Assembly: GCA_045536935.1 (NCBI GenBank)
Contig: JAZSOO010000019.1
Coordinates: forward strand, 1,813-65,812
Direction: 5' to 3'
Length of the DNA stretch: 64,000 bases
Source of the DNA: Eubacteriales bacterium
GTDB lineage: Bacteria > Bacillota > Clostridia > Oscillospirales > CAG-382
Shown: positions 56,985 to 64,000 of the stretch, one piece after another
How positions within the stretch are numbered: position 1 is the stretch's first letter
Layout: every line of letters begins with the position of its first letter
The notes under the pieces: generated by a model
What the model was told of the DNA's origin: nothing
The model's database searches: none
The model's input: the letters and a program-made list of their open reading frames with translations, nothing else
Translations under genes and position numbers: made by a program

Positions 56985-58286
56985 TTATTCCTTGGTTTCT
57001 TCTTTTTCTTCTTCACGGTTCATTTCGTCAATGGACATCGTTACGCTATGCTGGATAGGAGTCCATTCAACCTTCTTGAAGAGCGCTGCGATAGCGATAG
57101 GCGCATAAGAAAGCATAAACACAGGGAACGTGAAGAGATATTTTATCATCTTTTTCGGCGGGCAGTCGATCACGTCCCATTCGGTAATGACCGTTATGAA
57201 GCCTACGACAAAGATAAGCATATAAATGATCATACTGAAATAGAGGACCGGCAGCATACAGAAATAGAAGAAGTTGAAGAACACGGGGTTATCGACGAAA
57301 ACGGTGATACCGTAAATGAATTCACCGATACAGCAAAGTACCGAGAGTATGGTGAACATAAGCGCAGGGAAGATCGTCATCAACATATCGTAGCAGGCGA
57401 AAGAGCCTTTGAAGATACGCTTGAAGAGCGATCCGCCGTATTTACCGAATACCTGATAGAAGCCCTTTGACCAACGCAAACGCTGGTTCCAGGACTGTTC
57501 GAAGGTGACGGGCTGTTCGTCATAAACGACAGAACCGCCGCTGTAACCGATGGTTTCGCCCTGAATCGCCATATCGACCGAAAATTCGATATCTTCGGTA
57601 AGAAGATGGTATTTCCAACCGTTGTTCTTCTCGATAATTTCACGGCTTATACAGAAGCCGGTACCCGAGATAGCGCACGAAGTACCAAAACGCATTCTTG
57701 CGTTATTAAGGTATTTCGCTTCACGGAGGAACCAGAGAGAATAGCCTGCGGTTATCCAGTTTGTACCGTAGTTCTTGGAGTTACGGTAGCTGGTGAGTGC
57801 TTTATATCCCCTATTGAAGTTGACGTTCATTTCTTTGATGAAGTTCTTATCAACAAGGTTGTCTGCGTCGAAGATTATGTATGCGTCGCAATCGTCCTTT
57901 TCCGCAAGGAGCTTTTTGAAAAGGAAATCCAATGCATAGCCCTTGCCGACGAGTTCTTTATTATTTCTTTCAAGAACTATTGCGCCGTGCTGTCTGCCGA
58001 CCTCGGCAGTGTTATCCGTGCAGTTATCGGCGATAAGGAAGATCTTGATAAGTTCGCTGGGATAATCCTGACGGTTGATACTTTCAAGAAGGTGGCCGAT
58101 AACGTTTTCTTCGTTACGGGCACTGATTACAACACCGAATTTATTAAGCTTATCGCTTTTTACGGGTTGAGACTTATCTTTTCCGAGGAAGACCCAGAAA
58201 ATATAGAGGAACTGATAGAGATAGCAGATTATAAACGAACCGGTAAGAATGATATTACACAGTGTAAATATATCCTTGATATCCAC
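56985..58286 (-). CDS. membrane-bound family-2 glycosyltransferase (processive type, QxxRW)
   Basis: 433 aa. GTG start with GGAGG 7 nt upstream. ..VVISARNEENVI.., DADN, ..QRLRWSKG.., an N-terminal TM and several C-terminal TMs. Confidence 0.85.
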   Translation of the reverse strand: MDIKDIFTLCNIILTGSFIICYLYQFLYIFWVFLGKDKSQPVKSDKLNKFGVVISARNEENVIGHLLESINRQDYPSELIKIFLIADNCTDNTAEVGRQHGAIVLERNNKELVGKGYALDFLFKKLLAEKDDCDAYIIFDADNLVDKNFIKEMNVNFNRGYKALTSYRNSKNYGTNWITAGYSLWFLREAKYLNNARMRFGTSCAISGTGFCISREIIEKNNGWKYHLLTEDIEFSVDMAIQGETIGYSGGSVVYDEQPVTFEQSWNQRLRWSKGFYQVFGKYGGSLFKRIFKGSFACYDMLMTIFPALMFTILSVLCCIGEFIYGITVFVDNPVFFNFFYFCMLPVLYFSMIIYMLIFVVGFITVITEWDVIDCPPKKMIKYLFTFPVFMLSYAPIAIAALFKKVEWTPIQHSVTMSIDEMNREEEKEETKE

Positions 58287-58320
58287 GGTAAAACCTCCGC
58301 TGTTAATTTTATTTTCACGT

Positions 58321-58349
58321 ATTATACATCAATACGCAATGATTGTCAA
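58321..58349 (-). promoter_or_regulatory. consensus sigma-A promoter for the GT2 gene
   Basis: Minus strand reads TTGACA (58349-58344), 17 nt, TATAAT (58326-58321). Confidence 0.7.
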
Positions 58350-58363
58350 TAACGAAAGATTTT

Positions 58364-59560
58364 TTAAAGTCTTTCTGCAACGGCTTTGAGGAAGCCTTCT
58401 GTATCGACCTGAGTTTTATTCTCGAGAGTCGAAATGAGATAAAGGTCCTTAGTCATAATACCGCTTTCGATAGTGTCGATACAAGCCTTTTCGAGCTTAT
58501 TTGCAAATTCGCAAAGCTCGGGAATATCGTCAAGCTCGCCGCGTTTTCTGAGCGCACCCGTCCAAGCGAAGATGGTTGCAACAGAGTTTGTGCTGGTGCT
58601 CATACCCTTTAAATGGTTGTAATAATGGCGCTGAACGGTACCGTGAGCAGCTTCGTATTCGTAAACACCGTCGGGCGAGACGAGAACGCTTGTCATCATA
58701 GCGAGAGAGCCGTATGCTGTGGAGACCATATCGCTCATAACGTCGCCGTCATAGTTCTTACAAGCCCAGATGAATCCGCCTTCGGAACGGATAACACGTG
58801 CAACGGCATCGTCGATGAGAGTATAGAAATATTCAAGACCTGCTTTTTCAAAGCGTTCTTTATATTCGTTTTCATAGATCTCTGCGAAAATATCCTTGAA
58901 ACGGTGGTCATAGGTCTTGCTTATGGTGTCCTTTGCGGAGAACCAGAGGTCCATCCCCGTATCGAGAGCATAGTTGAAGCAGCTTCTTGCAAAGCCTTCG
59001 ATACTCTTATCGATATTGTGCATACCCTGTGCGATACCGTCGGTCTTGAAATCCTGAATGAGCGCACGGGTCTCTGTTCCGTCGGGTGCGGTTACGACCA
59101 ATTCTGCCTTTGAGCCTGCCGCAACACGAAGCTCGGTTGCTTTATAAATATCGCCGTATGCGTGACGTGCGATAGAAATGGGCTTTGTCCAATTACGAAC
59201 GTAAGGAGGAATACCCTTTACAAGGATCGGGGTACGGAAAACGGTACCGTCGAGGATAGCACGAATGGTTGCATTCGGGCTTTTCCACATCTGTTTGAGG
59301 TTATATTCGGTCATACGTGCCGCATTGGGCGTGATAGTAGCACATTTAACGGCAACACCGTATTTTTTGGTTGCGTTTGCGGAATCGACGGTTACTTGGT
59401 CGTCGGTTTCGTTACGGTGCTCAAGTCCGAGATCGTAATATTCGGTCTTGAGATCGATATGGGGAAGAAGAAGAATATCCTTTATCTGTTGCCAGATTAT
59501 TCTTGTCATTTCGTCGCCGTCCATTTCGACGATCGGCGTTTTCATTACTATTTTAGACAT
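58364..59560 (-). CDS. icd: NADP-dependent isocitrate dehydrogenase (eukaryote-like homodimeric subfamily)
   Basis: 398 aa. [32 protein letters not shown].. Confidence 0.93.
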   Translation of the reverse strand: MSKIVMKTPIVEMDGDEMTRIIWQQIKDILLLPHIDLKTEYYDLGLEHRNETDDQVTVDSANATKKYGVAVKCATITPNAARMTEYNLKQMWKSPNATIRAILDGTVFRTPILVKGIPPYVRNWTKPISIARHAYGDIYKATELRVAAGSKAELVVTAPDGTETRALIQDFKTDGIAQGMHNIDKSIEGFARSCFNYALDTGMDLWFSAKDTISKTYDHRFKDIFAEIYENEYKERFEKAGLEYFYTLIDDAVARVIRSEGGFIWACKNYDGDVMSDMVSTAYGSLAMMTSVLVSPDGVYEYEAAHGTVQRHYYNHLKGMSTSTNSVATIFAWTGALRKRGELDDIPELCEFANKLEKACIDTIESGIMTKDLYLISTLENKTQVDTEGFLKAVAERL

Positions 59561-59562
59561 TT

Positions 59563-61488
59563 TTATGCTCCTTTGGTATATTCAAGCAAGCCGCCTGCTA
59601 GGATTATATCACGGTCACGTCCGGAAAGGGAGGAAACAAGCTTTATTTCTTTACCGTTTGCCGAAAGAATTATATCCTTACCCTCTTTGATGCATTCTCT
59701 TATGTTTTCGATAACGAGCTTATCACCGAGGTTTATGGAATCGTAATCATCTGCGTTTGCGAAGGTAAGAGGAAGAATACCTGCGTTTACAAGGTTTGCC
59801 GCATGGATACGTGCAAAGCTCTTTGCGATAACAGCCTTCACGCCGAGATAAAGCGGAACGAGAGCTGCGTGTTCACGGGAACTGCCCTGACCGTAGTTTT
59901 CACCGCCGATGATTATACCGCCGTTCTTTTCCTTTGCACGGGCAGGAAATTCCTCGTCACAAACCTCAAAGCAGAAATTGGAAAGATAGGGTATATTGGA
60001 ACGGTAAGGAAGTATCTTTGCGCCGGCGGGCATAATGTGGTCTGTGGTGATATTATCACCGACCTTGAGGATACATTCACATTCAACCGTTTCGGAAACG
60101 GGTTTGCTTTCGGGGAAGGGTTTTATATTAGGTCCGCGAACGACTTCTACGGTATGTGCGTCCTCTGCGGAAGCAGGCTTGATGACCATATTATCGTTGA
60201 TCGCAAACTTAACGGGCATAGAGATCTCGGGCATTTCGCCTATGGTACGGGGGTCGGTAAGAACGCCCGTAAGAGCAGAAATAGCCGCTGTTTCGGGAGA
60301 AACGAGATATACCTGTGCGTCCTTAGTACCGCTTCTTCCGAGGAAGTTACGGTTGAAGGTACGAAGGCTTACGCCTGCGGATTGGGGAGATTGTCCCATA
60401 CCGATACAAGGTCCGCAAGCACTCTCTAAAATTCTTGCGCCTGCATCGATCATCCAGGAAAGCGCACCGCATTCTGCAAGCATATTATAGACCTGTTTGG
60501 AGCCGGGAGCGATAGAAAGGCTGACGTCATCGTGAACGGTCTTGCCTTTAAGTATATGTGCAACCTTCATAAGGTCTACAAAAGACGAGTTTGTGCAGGA
60601 GCCGATACAAACCTGATCGACCTTGATGTTTCCGATCTCTTCAATACTCTTAACGTTATCGGGGCTATGAGGACAAGCCGCAGCGGGAACGAGAGTTGAA
60701 AGGTCGATATCAATAACGAGGTCGTATTCTGCATCTGCGTCTGCGGAAAGCTCTACGTATTGGTCTTCTCTTCCCTGCGCCGCAAGGAAAAGACGGGTGT
60801 TTTCATCAGAGGGGAACACCGAAGTGGAAGCACCCAATTCTGCACCCATATTGGTTATGGTGCCTCTTTCGGGAACGGTAAGAGTTTTTACGCCCTCTCC
60901 GCCGTATTCGATAATTCTGCCGACACCGCCCTTTACGCTCAAACGGCGAAGGACTTCGAGAATTACGTCTTTTGCGGAGACCCAATCGTTAAGCTTGCCC
61001 GTGAGGTTTACTCTCACCATTTCGGGCATAGTGATATGATAAGCACCGCCGCCCATTGCAACCGCAACGTCAAGACCGCCTGCACCGAAAGCAAGCATAC
61101 CCAAGCCGCCGCCCGTGGGAGTATGGCTGTCGGAGCCGATAAGAGTCTTTCCGGGAACACCGAAACGTTCGAGATGGACCTGATGGCAGATACCGTTACC
61201 GGGACGGGAGAAATACAAGCCGTATTTCTTTGCGCAGGTACGGATGTAAAGATGGTCATCGGCATTCATAAAGCCGTTTTGGAGAGTATTGTGGTCGATA
61301 TATGCAACCGAAAGCTCGGTCTTTACCCTCGGAATACCCATAGCTTCAAATTCGAGATATGCCATAGTACCCGTTGCGTCCTGGGTCAAGGTCTGGTCTA
61401 TCCTAAGTCCGATGGGAGTTCCTTTTATCATTTCACCTTCAACGAGGTGGGCTTTGATTATTTTCTGTGCAATAGTCAATCCTGACAT
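59563..61488 (-). CDS. aconitate hydratase
   Basis: 641 aa. Fe-S ligand motifs ..IGSCTNSS.. and ..[10 protein letters not shown]... Swivel domain at the C-terminus. Confidence 0.9.
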   Translation of the reverse strand: MSGLTIAQKIIKAHLVEGEMIKGTPIGLRIDQTLTQDATGTMAYLEFEAMGIPRVKTELSVAYIDHNTLQNGFMNADDHLYIRTCAKKYGLYFSRPGNGICHQVHLERFGVPGKTLIGSDSHTPTGGGLGMLAFGAGGLDVAVAMGGGAYHITMPEMVRVNLTGKLNDWVSAKDVILEVLRRLSVKGGVGRIIEYGGEGVKTLTVPERGTITNMGAELGASTSVFPSDENTRLFLAAQGREDQYVELSADADAEYDLVIDIDLSTLVPAAACPHSPDNVKSIEEIGNIKVDQVCIGSCTNSSFVDLMKVAHILKGKTVHDDVSLSIAPGSKQVYNMLAECGALSWMIDAGARILESACGPCIGMGQSPQSAGVSLRTFNRNFLGRSGTKDAQVYLVSPETAAISALTGVLTDPRTIGEMPEISMPVKFAINDNMVIKPASAEDAHTVEVVRGPNIKPFPESKPVSETVECECILKVGDNITTDHIMPAGAKILPYRSNIPYLSNFCFEVCDEEFPARAKEKNGGIIIGGENYGQGSSREHAALVPLYLGVKAVIAKSFARIHAANLVNAGILPLTFANADDYDSINLGDKLVIENIRECIKEGKDIILSANGKEIKLVSSLSGRDRDIILAGGLLEYTKGA

Positions 61489-62846
61489 GTTAGATTATCC
61501 TTTCTGTCTTCAAGGTCTATATAAGGACGTCTGCCGTGGAAGGGTCTGTATGCGGGACGCATTATACGACGGCAGGTTATTATTTCTTCCAAACGGTGGG
61601 CACACCAGCCCGAAAGACGTGCAAGCGCAAATAGAGGTGTGAACAGCTCTTCCGGTATGCCGAGCATACGGTAAACAAGGCCTGAATAGAGGTCCACGTT
61701 AGCGCATATCGCATTACCGTCCTGCATTTTGTTCTGTAAAAGAACGGGAGCAAGACGTTCGACGGCGTGGAGAAGCTCGAAATCGGAACGCATTCCGAAA
61801 GAATCGCACTGCTCTTCCGCAGCCTTACGCAATACGGTCGCACGGGGGTCGCTCAACGTATAGACCGCATGGCCCATACCGTAGATAAGACCGCTTCTGT
61901 CGCCTGCTTCACGGTTTAGGAGCTTTTGGAGATATGCTCTTATCTCGTCATCGTCTTTATAATCACGGATATTAGCCTTTAAATCGTCAAGCATACGAAC
62001 AGTCTTGATATTCGCACCGCCGTGACGGGGACCTTTAAGCGCACCGATACCTGCCGCTATTGCAGAGAAGGTATCCGTACCCGAAGAGGTCAATGCACGA
62101 ACTGCAAACGTGGAATTGTTACCGCCGCCGTGTTCTGCATGGAGAATAAGGCATTTATCAAGTAATCTTGCTTCTTCGTGGGTGAACTTACGGTCAAATC
62201 TTAACATCGAAAGTATATTCTCCGCCATACCCTGTCCGGGAATGGGAGAATGGAGGAAGAAGCTTTCGTTATCGTAATAACGCTTTTTAACCTGATATGC
62301 CGCAGTCATTATCATCGGCATACAAGCGATTATGGAGAGAGATTGACGAAGAACGTTATCGACGGAATTGTCGTCGGGGTTTTCGTCATAGCTATACAAC
62401 GCAAGAACGCTTCGAGCCAGCTTGTTCATAATATCGGGGCTGGGCGCTCTCATTATCATATCTTCGATAAAGGAAGCGGGCGGATCGCTGTATTCGTCCA
62501 TAACGGTTCCGTAGAAATCAAGCTCTTCTTTTGTGGGAAGAGAACCGAAAAGAAGAAGCCACGATGCTTCGTCATAACCGAAACGGTCGTATTTATCGGT
62601 GGAATTGATTATATCCTCGATATTGATGCCACGGTAGGAAAGCTCGCCTTCGCAGGGGACACGCTCATATTCGTTGATGATATAGCCGTGAACGTTACTG
62701 ACTCTTGTTATACCTGCAGGCACACCCGTACCGTCGGGGTTACGAAGGCCTCGTTTTACGCCGTATTTTGTATAAAGTTTATCATCGAAGGCGGAATTTG
62801 CACGAAGTGAATCGGCAAGCGCTTCGATATTCAATTTTGTGCTCAT
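61476..62846 (-). CDS. citrate synthase (Si-type citrate synthase family)
   Basis: 456 aa. ..LILHAEHGGGNNSTF.. and ..GMGHAVYTLSDPRA... The aconitase start overlaps its 3' end by 13 nt. Confidence 0.9.
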   Translation of the reverse strand: MSTKLNIEALADSLRANSAFDDKLYTKYGVKRGLRNPDGTGVPAGITRVSNVHGYIINEYERVPCEGELSYRGINIEDIINSTDKYDRFGYDEASWLLLFGSLPTKEELDFYGTVMDEYSDPPASFIEDMIMRAPSPDIMNKLARSVLALYSYDENPDDNSVDNVLRQSLSIIACMPMIMTAAYQVKKRYYDNESFFLHSPIPGQGMAENILSMLRFDRKFTHEEARLLDKCLILHAEHGGGNNSTFAVRALTSSGTDTFSAIAAGIGALKGPRHGGANIKTVRMLDDLKANIRDYKDDDEIRAYLQKLLNREAGDRSGLIYGMGHAVYTLSDPRATVLRKAAEEQCDSFGMRSDFELLHAVERLAPVLLQNKMQDGNAICANVDLYSGLVYRMLGIPEELFTPLFALARLSGWCAHRLEEIITCRRIMRPAYRPFHGRRPYIDLEDRKDNLTCQD

Positions 62847-62863
62847 TTATAAAATCCTTTCAA

Positions 62864-63631
62864 TCAGGAGATCGATGCCGTTTCCGCCAAAAGCTCTTTC
62901 ATAGAATAGAAGCCTTTGCCCTTTCCGCAAAGATACTCTGCCGCACGCAATGCGCCTTCTGCGAACAGTGCACGGCTTTCTGCGGTATGCTTTAGGCTTA
63001 CCGTTTCGCCGTTACGGCTTAACAGCACCTCGTGTTCACCGAATATTCCTCCGCAACGAACCGAGGATATTCCAATCTCGTTATCGGGACGAACCATACG
63101 GCGGGAGCTTCTGTCGGTGACAAATTCCGTACCGTCGGGCATAAGCTCGCTTATTTCTTCCGCTATCATAAGTGCGGTTCCGCTGGGTGCATCAAGCTTG
63201 TTGCGGTGATGCTTTTCGATAATTTCAATATCGCAATCTCCGCCAAGTGCAATAACGGCACTGCGGCAGAGGTTTATGAGAAGATTTATCCCAAGCGACA
63301 TATTTCTTGAGAAGAAAACGGGATATTCATTCGAAAGTGCACGAAGCATTGAAAGCTCGCTTTCAGTGTGTCCCGTAGAAGCAACAACACAGGGAGTTCC
63401 CGTCTTGCGAACAAAATTACATATATCGGGAAGTGCGGTATGGTGGGAAAAATCGACGATAACGTCGGCATTTTCGGTAACGTCGGAAAGAGAATTATAG
63501 AAAGGGATTCCTTCGGGTACGTTACCGCTGAAAACATCAACAGCCGCAACAACAGAAACACCCTTTGTATTTGCGGCAGCGATAACCTCCCTGCCCATTC
63601 TTCCGCAAGCACCGTTAACAATAATCTTCAT
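62864..63631 (-). CDS. dapB: 4-hydroxy-tetrahydrodipicolinate reductase
   Basis: 255 aa. MKIIVNGACGRMGREV.. and ..EKHHRNKLDAPSGTA... Confidence 0.95.
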   Translation of the reverse strand: MKIIVNGACGRMGREVIAAANTKGVSVVAAVDVFSGNVPEGIPFYNSLSDVTENADVIVDFSHHTALPDICNFVRKTGTPCVVASTGHTESELSMLRALSNEYPVFFSRNMSLGINLLINLCRSAVIALGGDCDIEIIEKHHRNKLDAPSGTALMIAEEISELMPDGTEFVTDRSSRRMVRPDNEIGISSVRCGGIFGEHEVLLSRNGETVSLKHTAESRALFAEGALRAAEYLCGKGKGFYSMKELLAETASIS

Positions 63632-63653
63632 AATTTATGTATTCTTTCGTTAT

Positions 63654-64000
63654 TTATTTAATAAGTCCCTGTTCGCGCATCAATGCAAACAGTTTTTCGT
63701 CGTCCTTTGCGTCCATGGGGCAAAGAGGCATACGGAATTCGTTTTCGCAATAGCCCATTTTTGCAACGGCGGTCTTTACGGGAATGGGGTTGACCTGCAT
63801 GAAGAGACCGTTGGTCAAAGGCAGGTAACGAAGCTGAAGTTTAGCAGCTTCCTTGAAATTGCCGTCCAAGCAAAGCTTGGTGATCTCGTGAGTTTCTTTG
63901 GGTAACACGTTAGAAAGCACGGAGATAACACCGATGGCGCCGACAGACATCAAGGGAACGATCTGATCGTCGTTACCACTGTAAACGTTCAAACTGTCGC
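63654..64000 (-). CDS. dapA: 4-hydroxy-tetrahydrodipicolinate synthase, C-terminal part (gene runs off the right edge)
   Basis: The reading frame is open to the window edge. ..GNDDQIVPLMSVGAIGVISVLSNVLP.. is typical of the DapA C-terminal half, and it sits upstream of dapB. Confidence 0.88.
   Translation of the reverse strand, partial: DSLNVYSGNDDQIVPLMSVGAIGVISVLSNVLPKETHEITKLCLDGNFKEAAKLQLRYLPLTNGLFMQVNPIPVKTAVAKMGYCENEFRMPLCPMDAKDDEKLFALMREQGLIK

Noticed and set aside
56908-57108. 66-aa plus-strand ORF between the polymerase and GT2 genes
   Set aside because: It overlaps the LexA boxes, the GT2 terminator and the 3' end of the GT2 gene. It has no RBS and is low-complexity.
58353-58376. 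Hairpin GAAAGA...TCTTTC at the icd stop as a terminator
   Set aside because: The stem is only 6 bp and AT-rich, with a 12-nt A/T-rich loop and no U-tract on the gene strand.

Overview
This 64-kb window comes from a Firmicutes/Clostridia-type chromosome, as shown by PolC, AddAB, spoIIR, zinc-type S14 and the S10-spc ribosomal cluster. It is almost entirely tightly packed core genes. I saw no rRNA, tRNA, CRISPR array, transposase, integrase or recognisable defence or prophage genes. Layout by region: (a) 1-11.4 kb, minus strand: map(partial)-adk-secY and 22 ribosomal protein genes (rplO back to rpsJ), with a good sigma-A promoter and a ~180-nt leader. (b) 11.8-24.7 kb, plus strand, the least core-like stretch: TSCPD protein, phosphoglucomutase, a 1002-aa fused MacB-type ABC ATPase/permease, a Na/Pi-PhoU transporter and a YfhO membrane protein. 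These are followed by a minus-strand cysteine-rich protein, a membrane-anchored acidic protein and birA. (c) 24.7-48.2 kb, minus strand, a long terminator-free run: bioY, HIRAN-like ORF, addA, addB, spoIIR, ispE, aminotransferase, Lrp regulator, PHP phosphatase, polC, ispG, rseP, dxr, cdsA, uppS, frr, pyrH and a lipoprotein. (d) 48.2-64 kb, minus strand: the TIGR03936/TIGR03960 radical-SAM pair translationally coupled to uvrA-uvrB, an SOS-box-controlled Y-family polymerase, a GT2 glycosyltransferase, icd-acn-citrate synthase and dapB-dapA(partial). The most unusual signal is non-coding. A tandem 40-43-nt hairpin element occurs only twice in the window, directly upstream of birA and directly upstream of bioY, in the same orientation relative to each gene. 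The BirA here lacks a DNA-binding domain. This could be a new biotin-linked cis-regulatory element or just a REP-like 3' element. Other points worth a second look: a 27-Cys protein with a sigma-K-like promoter, a HIRAN-like ORF coupled to addA, the uncharacterised radical-SAM pair coupled to uvrA, an apparently leaderless lipoprotein gene, and a Cys4 version of L24. All functional calls rest on my reading of the supplied translations. No database search was run.
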